Sequence record: PP328843.1
DNA from: Escherichia phage 215Ecol030PP
DNA length: 64,000 bases
Strand: one strand, 5' to 3'
Made by a program: the position numbers and the translations under genes. Shown here piece after piece: positions 48,085 through 59,948 of this stretch; the first letter of the stretch is position 1, and each line of letters starts with the position of its first letter. Below the pieces are notes generated by a model. The model made no database searches and had not been told where the DNA came from. It saw only the letters and a list, made by a program, of their open reading frames with translations.

Positions 48085-48621
48085 TTGGCTAATATACTTC
48101 CAATGAGCGCTGATTTAGGAGAATCCATGGAAGGTTCTTCTATCGACGTCACCTTTACCGCTCAATTAGAAACAGGTGAAACGTTAGTATCTATAAATAT
48201 AACTAGTTACGAAGAAACTCCTGGGGTTTTAGTAGAAGAAAATCGCTTATACGGAACATATGAATCTGTGTTTGGATTTGGAAATGACGCGTTGAAATAT
48301 CGTTTAGGCGATGAATTTAAAACTGCTGCTTCATGGGAAGAACTTCCTACTGATTCTGATACTCAGTTGTATTTATGGAAAGCTCCTCAAAACCTCCAGA
48401 AGACATTCACTTACGAAGTAACATTAATATATGACTACCAAGAACAAAGTGAATCTGGAGGTTCTGGCAGTAATTCTAGGTCATCTTCTGATACTACTGA
48501 ACCGACAGATCCTCCTGCTCCAGTAAGAAAAACTCTCGTTAAAAATTATACTAAAACTATAGTTGGAAATTGGAGTCGTTGGGCTAATAAATTAAGAAGC
48601 TATGTGTATGAGAGGTCATAG
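48085..48621 (+). CDS. hypothetical protein (5.1 position, 178 aa)
   Basis: ORF between 5 and 5.4. Confidence 0.55.
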
Positions 48622-48915
48622 ATGTCAGGATTAAGTTATGATAAATGTGTTACTGCTGGTCATGAAGCATGGCCTCCAACAGTTGTGAATGCTACACAAA
48701 GTAAAGTATTCACTGGAGGAATTGCTGTTCTCGTAGCAGGTGATCCAATTACAGAACATACAGAAATTAAAAAGCCATATGAAACACATGGCGGAGTGAC
48801 ACAACCCAGAACTTCTAAGGTATATGTCACTGGAAAGAAAGCTGTTCAAATGGCTGATCCAATATCATGCGGTGATACTGTGGCTCAGGCATCATCTAAA
48901 GTATTCATTAAATAG
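48622..48915 (+). CDS. 5.4: PAAR-type spike tip protein gp5.4
   Basis: 97-aa ORF; length and position equal T4 gp5.4. Confidence 0.8.
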
Positions 48916-48923
48916 GATTTAAA

Positions 48924-50906
48924 ATGGCAAATACCCCTGTAAATTATCAATTAACAAGAACAGCAAATGCTATTCCCGAGATATTCGTCGGGGGTACGTT
49001 TGCTGAAATAAAACAAAACCTCATTGAATGGCTTAATGGCCAAAATGAATTTTTGGATTATGATTTTGAAGGCTCAAGATTAAACGTTCTGTGTGACCTT
49101 TTAGCTTATAATACATTGTACATTCAACAGTTTGGTAATGCTGCTGTGTATGAAAGCTTTATGCGTACTGCTAACTTACGAAGTTCAGTTGTTCAAGCTG
49201 CACAAGATAACGGATATTTACCTACTTCAAAATCCGCTGCGCAGACCGAAATTATGTTAACATGCACCGACGCATTGAATAGGAATTACATTACTATTCC
49301 TCGCGGAACTCGCTTTTTAGCATATGCAAAAGATACTTCTGTTAATCCATATAACTTCGTTTCTACCGAAGACGTTATTGCTATTCGTGATAAAAATAAC
49401 CAATATTTTCCGCGTTTAAAATTGGCCCAGGGACGTATAGTAAGAACTGAAATCATTTATGATAAATTAACACCTATTATCATTTATGATAAAAATATTG
49501 ATAGAAACCAGGTTAAATTATACGTTGATGGAGCAGAATGGATTAACTGGACAAGAAAGTCAATGGTTCATGCTGGTTCTACATCGACAATTTACTACAT
49601 GCGTGAAACTATTGATGGAAATACTGAATTCTATTTTGGTGAAGGTGAAATTTCTGTTAATGCTTCTGAAGGAGCTTTGACCGCTAATTATATCGGAGGT
49701 CTTAAACCTACTCAGAACTCTACGATTGTTATTGAGTACATCAGTACTAATGGTGCTGACGCGAACGGAGCAGTCGGATTTTCATACGCAGATACATTAA
49801 CAAATATAACTGTCATCAATATTAATGAAAATCCAAACGATGACCCAGATTTTGTTGGGGCAGATGGCGGCGGTGATCCAGAAGATATTGAGCGTATCCG
49901 CGAATTGGGTACTATTAAACGCGAAACCCAGCAACGCTGCGTAACTGCGACTGACTATGATACATTCGTTTCAGAGAGATTTGGTTCTATTATTCAAGCA
50001 GTTCAGACTTTCACTGATTCTACTAAACCTGGTTATGCATTTATTGCTGCTAAACCTAAATCAGGTCTGTATTTAACTACTGTACAGCGTGAAGATATTA
50101 AAAATTATCTCAAAGACTATAATTTAGCTCCTATTACGCCATCAATTATTTCTCCTAATTATCTTTTTATTAAGACTAATTTAAAAGTCACATATGCTTT
50201 AAATAAGCTGCAAGAATCCGAACAGTGGCTCGAAGGTCAAATAATTGATAAAATTGATCGTTATTATACCGAAGACGTAGAAATTTTTAATTCATCTTTC
50301 GCTAAATCTAAGATGTTGACATATGTAGATGATGCAGATCATTCTATCATTGGCTCATCAGCGACAATTCAAATTGTTCGTGAAGTACAAAACTTCTATA
50401 AAACGCCTGAAGCAGGTATTAAATACAATAATCAAATAAAAGATCGTTCTATGGAATCTAATACGTTTTCATTTAATTCTGGACGAAAGGTTGTAAATCC
50501 TGATACTGGTTTAGAAGAAGATGTATTATATGACGTTCGCATAGTATCAACAGACCGAGATTCTAAAGGAATTGGTAAAGTTATTATTGGTCCATTTGCT
50601 TCTGGCGATGTTACAGAAAATGAAAACATTCAGCCATATACAGGCAACGATTTTAACAAATTAGCAAATTCTGATGGACGCGACAAATACTATGTTATCG
50701 GTGAAATAAATTATCCAGCTGATGTGATTTATTGGAATATCGCTAAAATTAATTTAACATCTGAAAAATTTGAAGTTCAGACCATCGAATTATATTCTGA
50801 CCCAACCGATGATGTTATCTTTACTCGCGACGGTTCACTGATTGTATTTGAAAATGACTTACGTCCACAATACTTAACTATCGATTTGGAGCCTATATCA
50901 CAATGA
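48924..50906 (+). CDS. 6: baseplate wedge protein gp6
   Basis: 660-aa ORF; T4 order and length. Confidence 0.85.
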   Translation: MANTPVNYQLTRTANAIPEIFVGGTFAEIKQNLIEWLNGQNEFLDYDFEGSRLNVLCDLLAYNTLYIQQFGNAAVYESFMRTANLRSSVVQAAQDNGYLPTSKSAAQTEIMLTCTDALNRNYITIPRGTRFLAYAKDTSVNPYNFVSTEDVIAIRDKNNQYFPRLKLAQGRIVRTEIIYDKLTPIIIYDKNIDRNQVKLYVDGAEWINWTRKSMVHAGSTSTIYYMRETIDGNTEFYFGEGEISVNASEGALTANYIGGLKPTQNSTIVIEYISTNGADANGAVGFSYADTLTNITVININENPNDDPDFVGADGGGDPEDIERIRELGTIKRETQQRCVTATDYDTFVSERFGSIIQAVQTFTDSTKPGYAFIAAKPKSGLYLTTVQREDIKNYLKDYNLAPITPSIISPNYLFIKTNLKVTYALNKLQESEQWLEGQIIDKIDRYYTEDVEIFNSSFAKSKMLTYVDDADHSIIGSSATIQIVREVQNFYKTPEAGIKYNNQIKDRSMESNTFSFNSGRKVVNPDTGLEEDVLYDVRIVSTDRDSKGIGKVIIGPFASGDVTENENIQPYTGNDFNKLANSDGRDKYYVIGEINYPADVIYWNIAKINLTSEKFEVQTIELYSDPTDDVIFTRDGSLIVFENDLRPQYLTIDLEPISQ

Positions 50907-53900
50907 CAGTAAAAGCACCTTCAGTCACTAGTCTCAGAATTTCCAAGTTATCCGCAAATCAGGTGCAAGTACGCTGGGATGACGTTGGTGCTAATTTCTA
51001 CTATTTTGTAGAAATCGCTGAGACAAAAACGAACTCGGGGGAAAATCTCCCGAGTAATCAATACAGATGGATTAACTTAGGATATACTGCAAATAACAGC
51101 TTCTTTTTTGATGATGCTGACCCATTGACATCATACATTATCAGAGTAGCTACAGCTGCGCAAGATTTTGAGCAGTCTGATTGGATTTATACCGAAGAGT
51201 TTGAAACTTTTGCTACAAATGCTTATACATTTCAAAACATGATTGAAATGCAATTAGCCAATAAATTCATTCAGGAAAAATTTACTCTTAATAATTCTGA
51301 TTATGTTAATTTTAACAATGACACTATAATGGCTGCATTGATGAATGAATCATTTCAATTCAGCCCATCGTATGTTGATGTTTCATCAATAAGTAATTTT
51401 ATTATTGGTGAAAATGAGTATCATGAAATACAAGGTTCTATTCAGCAAGTATGTAAGGATATTAACCGAGTTTATTTGATGGAATCAGAAGGAATTCTAT
51501 ATCTTTTTGAGCGCTATCAACCTGTAGTTAAAGTATCCAATGATAAAGGACAAACCTGGAAAGCCGTAAAGCTCTTCAATGACCGTGTAGGATATCCTTT
51601 ATCTAAGACAGTATATTACCAATCTGCGAACACAACATACGTTCTAGGATACGACAAGATTTTCTATGGCCGTAAATCGACTGACGTTAGATGGTCAGCA
51701 GATGATGTCAGATTCAGTTCGCAGGATATAACATTTGCTAAACTTGGCGACCAGTTACATTTAGGATTTGATGTAGAAATCTTTGGTACTTATGCGACTT
51801 TACCAGCGAATGTATATCGTATAGCTGAAGCCATTACTTGTACGGATGATTATATCTATGTTGTTGCCAGAGATAAAGTTAGATATATAAAAACGAGCAA
51901 TGCACCTATAGATTCTGATCCATTATCTCCAACATATTCGGAAAGGCTATTTGAATCTGATACAATGACTATAACTGGAAATCCTAAAGCAGTATGCTAT
52001 AAAATGGATTCTATTGGTGATAAAGTTTTTGCTCTTATTATCGGTGAAGTTGAAACATTAAATGCTAATCCTAGAACGTCAAAAATAATTGATTCTACTG
52101 ATAAAGGAATATATGTTTTAAATCATGACACAAAAACGTGGAAAAGAGTTTTTGGCAACACTGAAGAAGAAAGAAGACGTATTCAACCTGGGTATGCGAA
52201 TATGTCAACTGATGGTAAATTAGTTTCTCTATCTTCGAGTAATTTTAAATTTTTAAATGATAACGTTGTTAATGACCCTGAAACTGTAGCAAAATATCAG
52301 TTAATCGGTGCCGTTAAATATGAATTTCCTCGTGAATGGTTAGCTGATAAGCATTATCATATGATGGCATTTATAGCAGATGAAAAGTCTGATTGGGAAA
52401 CTTTTACGCCTCAGCCAATGAAATACTACGCAGAACCGTTCTTTAATTGGTCTAAAAAATCTAACACACGCTGTTGGATAAACAACTCTAATAGAGCTGT
52501 AGTAGTTTATGCTGATTTAAAATACACTAAAGTTATAGAAAATATTCCGGAAACATCACCAGATAGATTAGTTCATGAATACTGGGATGATGGTGATTGT
52601 ACGATAGTAATGCCAAATGTTAAATTCACGGGATTTAAAAAATATGCGTCTGGGATGCTTTTTTATAAATCTTCTGGTGAAATAATTTCTTATTATGATT
52701 TTAACTATCGAGTGAGAGACACGGTTGAAATAATTTGGAAGCCAACTGGAATATTTTTAAAAGCATTTTTACAAAACCAAGAGCGTGAAACTCCTTGGTC
52801 ACCGGAAGAAGAGCATGGATTAGCTGATCCTGATTTAAGACCATTGATTGGCACAATGATGCCTGATTCTTATTTACTACAAGATTCGAATTTTGAGGCA
52901 TTTTGCGAAGCATATATTCAATATCTTTCTGATGGATATGGAACTCAGTATAACAATTTACGAAATTTAATTCGTAACAAATATCCACGAGAAGAGCATG
53001 CATGGGAATATTTGTGGTCAGAGATATATAAAAGAAACATTTATTTAAATGCTGACAAACGTGATGCTGTTGCAAGATTTTTTGAATCACGTAGCTATGA
53101 TTTTTATTCTACTAAAGGAATTGAAGCATCATACAAGTTTCTTTTTAAAGTTCTTTATAATGAAGAAGTTGAAATTGAAATTGAATCTGGGGCTGGTACT
53201 GAATATGACATAATCGTTCAATCTGATTCTTTGACTGAAGATTTAGTAGGACAAACGATTTATACAGCCACAGGAAGATGTAATGTTACTTATATAGAAA
53301 GAAGTTATTCTAATGGTAAATTGCAATGGACCGTAACTATTCATAATCTTTTGGGAAGATTAATTGCTGGTCAAGAAGTTAAAGCAGAAAGACTCCCTAG
53401 TTTTGAAGGCGAAATTATTCGTGGCGTTAAAGGAAAGGATTTGCTTCAAAACAATATAGACTATATTAATAGAAGTAGATCATACTATGTAATGAAAATT
53501 AAATCCAATTTACCTTCTTCCCGCTGGAAATCTGACGTTATTCGTTTTGTTCATCCAGTAGGATTTGGATTTATAGCAATTACCCTTTTAACAATGTTTA
53601 TTAATGTTGGTTTAACTCTTAAACATACAGAGACTATAATTAATAAATACAAAAACTATAAATGGGATTCTGGATTGCCTACTGAATATGCTGATAGAGT
53701 AGCTAAATTAACTCCAACTGGTGAAATTGAGCATGATTCAGTAACAGGCGAAGCAATTTATGAGCCTGGCCCAATGGCTGGTGTAGAATATCCTCTTCCT
53801 GATGACTATAATGCTGAAAATAATAATTCAATATTTCAAGGTCAATTGCCGTCTGAACGACGTAAATTAATGAGTCCCCTATTTGATGCTTCTGGAACAA

Positions 53901-54001
53901 CATTTGCGCAATTTAGGGATTTAGTTAATAAACGTCTAAAAGATAATATAGGAAATCCAAGAGACCCTGAAAATCCAACACAGGTTAAAATAGATGAATG
54001 A
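50903..54001 (+). CDS. 7: baseplate wedge protein gp7
   Basis: 1032-aa ORF; T4 order and length. Confidence 0.85.
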   Translation: MTVKAPSVTSLRISKLSANQVQVRWDDVGANFYYFVEIAETKTNSGENLPSNQYRWINLGYTANNSFFFDDADPLTSYIIRVATAAQDFEQSDWIYTEEFETFATNAYTFQNMIEMQLANKFIQEKFTLNNSDYVNFNNDTIMAALMNESFQFSPSYVDVSSISNFIIGENEYHEIQGSIQQVCKDINRVYLMESEGILYLFERYQPVVKVSNDKGQTWKAVKLFNDRVGYPLSKTVYYQSANTTYVLGYDKIFYGRKSTDVRWSADDVRFSSQDITFAKLGDQLHLGFDVEIFGTYATLPANVYRIAEAITCTDDYIYVVARDKVRYIKTSNAPIDSDPLSPTYSERLFESDTMTITGNPKAVCYKMDSIGDKVFALIIGEVETLNANPRTSKIIDSTDKGIYVLNHDTKTWKRVFGNTEEERRRIQPGYANMSTDGKLVSLSSSNFKFLNDNVVNDPETVAKYQLIGAVKYEFPREWLADKHYHMMAFIADEKSDWETFTPQPMKYYAEPFFNWSKKSNTRCWINNSNRAVVVYADLKYTKVIENIPETSPDRLVHEYWDDGDCTIVMPNVKFTGFKKYASGMLFYKSSGEIISYYDFNYRVRDTVEIIWKPTGIFLKAFLQNQERETPWSPEEEHGLADPDLRPLIGTMMPDSYLLQDSNFEAFCEAYIQYLSDGYGTQYNNLRNLIRNKYPREEHAWEYLWSEIYKRNIYLNADKRDAVARFFESRSYDFYSTKGIEASYKFLFKVLYNEEVEIEIESGAGTEYDIIVQSDSLTEDLVGQTIYTATGRCNVTYIERSYSNGKLQWTVTIHNLLGRLIAGQEVKAERLPSFEGEIIRGVKGKDLLQNNIDYINRSRSYYVMKIKSNLPSSRWKSDVIRFVHPVGFGFIAITLLTMFINVGLTLKHTETIINKYKNYKWDSGLPTEYADRVAKLTPTGEIEHDSVTGEAIYEPGPMAGVEYPLPDDYNAENNNSIFQGQLPSERRKLMSPLFDASGTTFAQFRDLVNKRLKDNIGNPRDPENPTQVKIDE

Positions 54002-54998
54002 TTCAAGTGTTATCTATCGTGCGATAGTTACTTCAAAATTTAGAACAGAAAAAATGTTGAATTTTTATAATTCAATTGGAAGTGGTCCGGATAAAAACAC
54101 TATCTTTATTACATTTGGAAGATCAGAACCGTGGTCATCAAACGAAAATGAGGTGGGATTTGCCCCACCTTATCCCACCGATTCTGTGTTAGGTGTAACT
54201 GACATGTGGACTCATATGATGGGAACCGTGAAGGTTCTTCCATCTATGCTTGACGCAGTTATTCCTCGTCGAGATTGGGGAGATACTAGATATCCGGATC
54301 CATACACATTTAGAATTAACGATATTGTAGTGTGTAACTCAGCTCCTTACAACGCTACTGAATCAGGCGCAGGCTGGTTAGTATATCGTTGTTTAGATGT
54401 TCCTGATACCGGAATGTGTTCAATCGCATCTTTAACTGATAAGGATGAATGCCTTAAATTAGGCGGAAAATGGACACCTTCTGTTAGGTCAATGACTCCT
54501 CCTGAAGGTCGAGGAGATGCTGAAGGAACAATTGAACCTGGGGACGGGTATGTATGGGAATATCTATTTGAGATTCCACCCGATGTATCTATAAATAGAT
54601 GCACGAATGAATATATCGTGGTTCCTTGGCCTGAGGAATTAAAAGAAGACCCAACTAGATGGGGGTATGAAGATAATCTCACTTGGCAACAAGATGATTT
54701 TGGATTAATTTACCGGGTTAAGGCAAATACTATCCGTTTTAAAGCATATTTAGATTCAGTTTACTTTCCTGATGCTGCATTGCCAGGAAATAAAGGATTT
54801 AGACAAATATCAATAATCACGAATCCTCTTGAAGCTAAAGCTCATCCAAATGACCCAAACGTTAAAGCTGAAAAGGATTATTATGATCCAGAAGATTTAA
54901 TGAGGCATTCGGGTGAAATGATTTATATGGAAAATAGGCCACCTATTATCATGGCAATGGATCAAACAGAAGAAATCAATATTCTGTTTACATTTTAA
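53994..54998 (+). CDS. 8: baseplate wedge protein gp8
   Basis: 334-aa ORF; T4 order and length. Confidence 0.85.
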   Translation: MNDSSVIYRAIVTSKFRTEKMLNFYNSIGSGPDKNTIFITFGRSEPWSSNENEVGFAPPYPTDSVLGVTDMWTHMMGTVKVLPSMLDAVIPRRDWGDTRYPDPYTFRINDIVVCNSAPYNATESGAGWLVYRCLDVPDTGMCSIASLTDKDECLKLGGKWTPSVRSMTPPEGRGDAEGTIEPGDGYVWEYLFEIPPDVSINRCTNEYIVVPWPEELKEDPTRWGYEDNLTWQQDDFGLIYRVKANTIRFKAYLDSVYFPDAALPGNKGFRQISIITNPLEAKAHPNDPNVKAEKDYYDPEDLMRHSGEMIYMENRPPIIMAMDQTEEINILFTF

Positions 54999-55003
54999 AT
55001 TAA

Positions 55004-55029
55004 GGGAGCCCATGGGCTCCCTTTTTCTT
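55004..55029 (+). terminator. intrinsic terminator after gene 8
   Basis: GGGAGCC-CATG-GGCTCCC hairpin followed by TTTTTCTTT. Confidence 0.7.
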
Positions 55030-55037
55030 TATAAATA
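55030..55037 (+). promoter_or_regulatory. late promoter (TATAAATACTAT) for gene 9
   Basis: Exact TATAAATACTAT 25 nt upstream of the gene 9 ATG. Confidence 0.7.
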
Positions 55038-55061
55038 CTATAAACTCATAAGGAAACCGCT

Positions 55062-55928
55062 ATGTTCATTCAAGAACCAAAGAAATTGATTGATACCGGC
55101 GAAATTGGTAACGCTTCTACTGGTGATATCTTATTCGACGGTGGTAATAAAATTAATAGTGATTTTAACGCAATTTATAATGCGTTTGGCGATCAGCGTA
55201 AAATGGCAGTAGCAAATGGCACTGGAGCAGATGGTCAAATTATCCATGCTACTGGATATTATCAAAAGCACTCTATCGCGGAGTACGCAACTCCAGTGAA
55301 AGTTGGCACTAGACATGATATTGATACCTCTACTGTAGGTGTTAAAGTTATTATTGAAAGAGGAGAACTTGGCGATTGTGTTGAATTCATTAACTCTAAT
55401 GGATCAATATCAGTTACTAATCCTTTAACGATTCAGGCTATTGATTCAATTAAAGGCGTTTCAGGTAATTTAGTAGTAACTAGCCCATATAGTAAAGTAA
55501 CTTTACGCTGTATTTCATCTGATAATTCTACATCGGTTTGGAATTATTCTATTGAAAGTATGTTTGGACAAAAGGAATCACCAGCTGAAGGTACATGGAA
55601 TATTTCTACATCCGGATCAGTTGATATTCCACTATTTCATCGCACTGAATACAATATGGCTAAATTGCTAGTTACGTGCCAATCAGTAGATGGAAGAAAA
55701 ATTAAAACAGCAGAAATAAATATTCTTGTAGATACTGTTAATTCAACGGTCATTTCTTCTGAATATGCTGTCATGCGGGTTGGGAATGAAACCGAAGAAG
55801 ACGAAATCGCTAATATTGCATTTAGTATTAAAGAAAATTATGTAACGGCGACTATAAGTTCTTCAACTGTCGGTATGAGAGCAGCAGTTAAAGTTATCGC
55901 TACGCAGAAAATCGGGGTGGCTCAATAA
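55062..55928 (+). CDS. 9: baseplate wedge/long-tail-fibre socket gp9
   Basis: 288-aa ORF; T4 order and length. Confidence 0.85.
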   Translation: MFIQEPKKLIDTGEIGNASTGDILFDGGNKINSDFNAIYNAFGDQRKMAVANGTGADGQIIHATGYYQKHSIAEYATPVKVGTRHDIDTSTVGVKVIIERGELGDCVEFINSNGSISVTNPLTIQAIDSIKGVSGNLVVTSPYSKVTLRCISSDNSTSVWNYSIESMFGQKESPAEGTWNISTSGSVDIPLFHRTEYNMAKLLVTCQSVDGRKIKTAEINILVDTVNSTVISSEYAVMRVGNETEEDEIANIAFSIKENYVTATISSSTVGMRAAVKVIATQKIGVAQ

Positions 55929-57733
55929 TGAAACAAAATATTAATATCGGTAATGTTGTTGATGATGGTACCGGTGACTACCTGCGTAAAGGTGGTATAA
56001 AAATAAATGAAAACTTTGATGAACTTTATTATGAACTTGGCGATGGAGATGTTCCATATTCAGCCGGTGCCTGGAAAACTTATAATGCTTCATCCGGTCA
56101 AACATTAAAAGCTAAGTGGGGAAAATCATACGCTATTAATACCTCTTCTGGAAGAGTAACTTTACAACTTCCTAAAGGAACTGTTAATGATTATAATAAA
56201 GTAATTAGAGCTAGGGATGTATTTGCAACATGGAACATTAATCCAGTTACTTTAGTAGCTGCTTCTGGGGATACAATTAAAGGGTCGTCATCGTCAGTTG
56301 AAATTAATATTCAATTTAGTGATTTAGAGCTCGTTTATTGTGCTCCAGGACGTTGGGAATATGTCAAAAACAAACAAATTGACAAAATTATTAGTTCAGA
56401 TATTAGTAATGTAGCACGTAAAGAATTTTTAGTCGAAGTTCAAGGACAAACAGACTTTTTAGATGTTTTCCGCGGAACTAGCTATAATGTTAATAACATC
56501 CGAGTAAAACACCGCGGTAATGAATTATATTATGGCGATGTATTTAGTGAAAACAGTGACTTTGGCTCTCCTGGGGAAAATGAAGGAGAATTGATTCCTC
56601 TTGATGGATTTAATATTAGGTTAAGACAGCCTTGTAATATTGGTGACACTGTTCAAATTGAAACATTTATGGATGGTATATCACAATGGAGAAGTTCATA
56701 TACAAGACGCCAAATAAAAGTATTAGATTCAAAATTAACGTCAAAAACTTCTTTAGAAGGAAGTATTTACGTTACTGATTTATCAACAATGAAATCAATT
56801 CCATTCTCTGCATTTGGATTAATTCCTGGAGAACCTATTAATCCTAATTCTCTTGAAGTTCGTTTTAATGGAATTTTACAACAACAAGCTGGAACAGCAG
56901 GATATCCTCTGTTTTTGTGTGAAGGTGCTAACTCAGATACGCAAGCAGGATGTATATCTCTTGGTGGTGAATGGAAAGAATCGAACACAGATTATTCTAT
57001 AGAATATGAAGATGGAAAACCTACCAGTCTTTTATTTGATAGAAAATTTGAATCAGGTGATATAATCGTTATAACATGGTTTAATAATGATTTAGGAACT
57101 CTTTTAGAAAAAGATGACATTATTGAATTAACTGATGACCGTTATGTTAGTAAAGGATCATCTACTGAAGTTACTGGGGATGTAGCCTTAACAGATTTTG
57201 ATAAAATCGGTTGGCCAAATGTTGAAAAAGTTGATTCTTATACTAGAACGTATAATTCAATATCATCTATTTTCGATAGCATTTATCCCGTAGGTTCAAT
57301 TTATGAAAATGCTATAAACCCAAATAATCCGGTGACTTATATGGGGTTTGGTTCGTGGAAATTATTTGGTAAAGGACAAGTTTTAGTAGGATGGAATGAT
57401 GATGTTACGGATCCAAACTTTGCTTTAAACAATAATGATTTAGATTCTAGCGGAAATCCTTCACACACTGCCGGTGGAACAGTTGGAACAACGTCAGTAA
57501 CGCTTGAAAATGCAAATCTTCCTGCGACTAAAACTGACGAAAGAGTTTTAATTGAAGATGAAAATGGATCAGTTATTATTGGAGGTTGTCAATATGACCC
57601 AGACGAAACTGGTCCTATATATACAAAATATCGTGAAGACTACGCAACAACAAACTCTTCACATACTCCTCCTACTAATATTAGTAATATTCAACCGTCT
57701 ATTACTGTATACCGTTGGATAAGGATTGCATAA
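55928..57733 (+). CDS. 10: baseplate wedge protein gp10
   Basis: 601-aa ORF; T4 order and length. Confidence 0.85.
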   Translation: MKQNINIGNVVDDGTGDYLRKGGIKINENFDELYYELGDGDVPYSAGAWKTYNASSGQTLKAKWGKSYAINTSSGRVTLQLPKGTVNDYNKVIRARDVFATWNINPVTLVAASGDTIKGSSSSVEINIQFSDLELVYCAPGRWEYVKNKQIDKIISSDISNVARKEFLVEVQGQTDFLDVFRGTSYNVNNIRVKHRGNELYYGDVFSENSDFGSPGENEGELIPLDGFNIRLRQPCNIGDTVQIETFMDGISQWRSSYTRRQIKVLDSKLTSKTSLEGSIYVTDLSTMKSIPFSAFGLIPGEPINPNSLEVRFNGILQQQAGTAGYPLFLCEGANSDTQAGCISLGGEWKESNTDYSIEYEDGKPTSLLFDRKFESGDIIVITWFNNDLGTLLEKDDIIELTDDRYVSKGSSTEVTGDVALTDFDKIGWPNVEKVDSYTRTYNSISSIFDSIYPVGSIYENAINPNNPVTYMGFGSWKLFGKGQVLVGWNDDVTDPNFALNNNDLDSSGNPSHTAGGTVGTTSVTLENANLPATKTDERVLIEDENGSVIIGGCQYDPDETGPIYTKYREDYATTNSSHTPPTNISNIQPSITVYRWIRIA

Positions 57734-58392
57734 TGAGTTTACTTAATAATAAAGCGGGAGTTATTTCCCGCTTAGCAGATTTTCTTGGTTTTAGAACTAA
57801 GAAAAATGATATTTCGGTTATGAATAATCAGCCAGTAGGCGCTGTAACAATTTCACAAATAGCAAAAGGTTTTTATGACCCGAATGTAGAATCTGCTATC
57901 AATGATGTTAGAAATATGGCAGAGCAACCGGTTGGAGCTGTATTAGTTAATATAAGCGGCGTATCTCCTACTGGCGTGCAACAAACCGACTATTGGTCAT
58001 TTGAAGGAACTGTTACTGATACTTCAGTCAAATCAGGTGACCCAGTTATTGTTAACATGTTTGGTATTCCAGTTAAAGCTACTAATGGAATGACTTCAAT
58101 TGAATTTACTAGTGCCGTTAGAATAGCTCTACAGGAAATGGTTGTAAAATTTATTGCAATTGATTCATTTGAAGACCATCCTACCATAGGAAATAAAATA
58201 CAAGTTAAGTATTTAGATAACCAAGAACATATCTTAGAACAATACTCTGATAAAGGAATTACTTTCAAACAGGAAATAATTTCTCCTTCTAAACCTGGGT
58301 ATGGAACTTGGCAATTATTAGGTGCGCAAACTGTTACGCTAGATAGTCACACACAACCTACAGTATTTTATTATTTTGAGAGAGTAGCATGA
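57733..58392 (+). CDS. 11: baseplate wedge protein gp11
   Basis: About 219 aa from [20 protein letters not shown]; ATG overlaps gp10 stop (TAATG). Confidence 0.85.
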   Translation: MSLLNNKAGVISRLADFLGFRTKKNDISVMNNQPVGAVTISQIAKGFYDPNVESAINDVRNMAEQPVGAVLVNISGVSPTGVQQTDYWSFEGTVTDTSVKSGDPVIVNMFGIPVKATNGMTSIEFTSAVRIALQEMVVKFIAIDSFEDHPTIGNKIQVKYLDNQEHILEQYSDKGITFKQEIISPSKPGYGTWQLLGAQTVTLDSHTQPTVFYYFERVA

Positions 58393-59939
58393 GTAACAAT
58401 ACATATCAGCACGTATCAAATGAATCAAAATATGTTAAATTCGATCCTACTGGATCGAATTTTCCTGGCACTGTTACGACAGTACAGTCTGCATTATCAA
58501 AAATAAGTAATATCGGCGTAAATGGTATTCCTGATGCAACTATGGAAGTTAAAGGAATAGCAATGATTGCGTCAGAGCAAGAGGTTTTAGATGGAACTAA
58601 TAATTCTAAAATCGTTACACCAGCTACATTAGCAACAAGATTATTGTATCCAAATGCTACTGAAACTAAATATGGTTTAACGCGTTATTCAACAAATGAA
58701 GAAACATTAAAAGGCTCAGATAATAATTCATCAATAACACCACAAAAACTGAAATACCACACTGACGATGTGTTCAAAAATAGATATTCGTCTGAGTCAT
58801 CAAACGGGGTTATTAAAATATCATCTACACCTGCAGCTTTGGCTGGAGTTGATGATACTACTGCGATGACTCCGCTAAAAACCCAAAAACTTGCAATAAA
58901 ATTAATTTCGCAAATAGCTCCTTCAGAAGACACTGCAACAGAATCGGTGAGAGGAGTAGTTCAATTATCTACTGTTGCACAAATTCGTCAAGGAACTCTC
59001 CGCGAAGGATATGCAATTTCCCCGTATACCTTTATGAATTCTGTTGCAACACATGAATATAAGGGTGTTATACGCCTAGGAACGCAGACTGAAATTAATA
59101 ATAATTTGGGTGGTGTTGCAGTAACAGGTGAAACACTAAATGGTCGAGGAGCTACCGGTTCTATGCGTGGAGTAGTTAAATTAACGACGCAAGCCGGTAT
59201 TGCCCCTGAAGGTGATAGCTCTGGAGCATTAGCATGGAACGCAGATGTAATTAATACTCGTGGTGGACAAACTATTAATGGTTCTTTAAATTTAGACCAT
59301 CTTACAGCAAATGGAATTTGGTCACGCGGTGGAATGTGGAAAAATGGCGATCAACCTGTTGCCACTGAAAGATATGCGTCCGAACGAGTTCCGGTTGGAA
59401 CTATTATGATGTTTGCGGGTGATTCAGCACCTCCAGGTTGGATTATGTGTCATGGTGGAACCGTGTCAGGTGACCAATTTCCTGATTATAGAAACGTAGT
59501 TGGAACAAGATTTGGTGGCGATTGGAATAATCCTGGCGTTCCTGATATGCGGGGTCTTTTCGTCAGAGGAGCCGGCACAGGCGGTCATATTTTAAATCAA
59601 CGTGGACAAGATGGCTATGGAAAGGATAGACTGGGCGTAGGATGTGACGGAATGCATGTTGGTGGTGTTCAGGCACAACAAATGTCATACCATAAACATG
59701 CTGGTGGTTGGGGTGAATATAACAGAAGTGAAGGCCCATTTGGCGCGTCAGTTTATCAAGGATATCTTGGAACTAGAAAATATTCCGACTGGGATAATGC
59801 TTCATACTTCACTAATGATGGATTTGAATTAGGTGGACCGAGAGATGCTCATGGTACACTTAATCGTGAAGGATTAATTGGTTATGAAACTAGACCATGG
59901 AATATATCATTAAACTATATTATTAAAGTTCATTACTAA
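58389..59939 (+). CDS. 12: short tail fibre gp12
   Basis: 516-aa ORF with Ser/Thr-rich fibrous repeats; T4 order. Confidence 0.85.
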   Translation: MSNNTYQHVSNESKYVKFDPTGSNFPGTVTTVQSALSKISNIGVNGIPDATMEVKGIAMIASEQEVLDGTNNSKIVTPATLATRLLYPNATETKYGLTRYSTNEETLKGSDNNSSITPQKLKYHTDDVFKNRYSSESSNGVIKISSTPAALAGVDDTTAMTPLKTQKLAIKLISQIAPSEDTATESVRGVVQLSTVAQIRQGTLREGYAISPYTFMNSVATHEYKGVIRLGTQTEINNNLGGVAVTGETLNGRGATGSMRGVVKLTTQAGIAPEGDSSGALAWNADVINTRGGQTINGSLNLDHLTANGIWSRGGMWKNGDQPVATERYASERVPVGTIMMFAGDSAPPGWIMCHGGTVSGDQFPDYRNVVGTRFGGDWNNPGVPDMRGLFVRGAGTGGHILNQRGQDGYGKDRLGVGCDGMHVGGVQAQQMSYHKHAGGWGEYNRSEGPFGASVYQGYLGTRKYSDWDNASYFTNDGFELGGPRDAHGTLNREGLIGYETRPWNISLNYIIKVHY

Positions 59940-59948
59940 GGATTACAA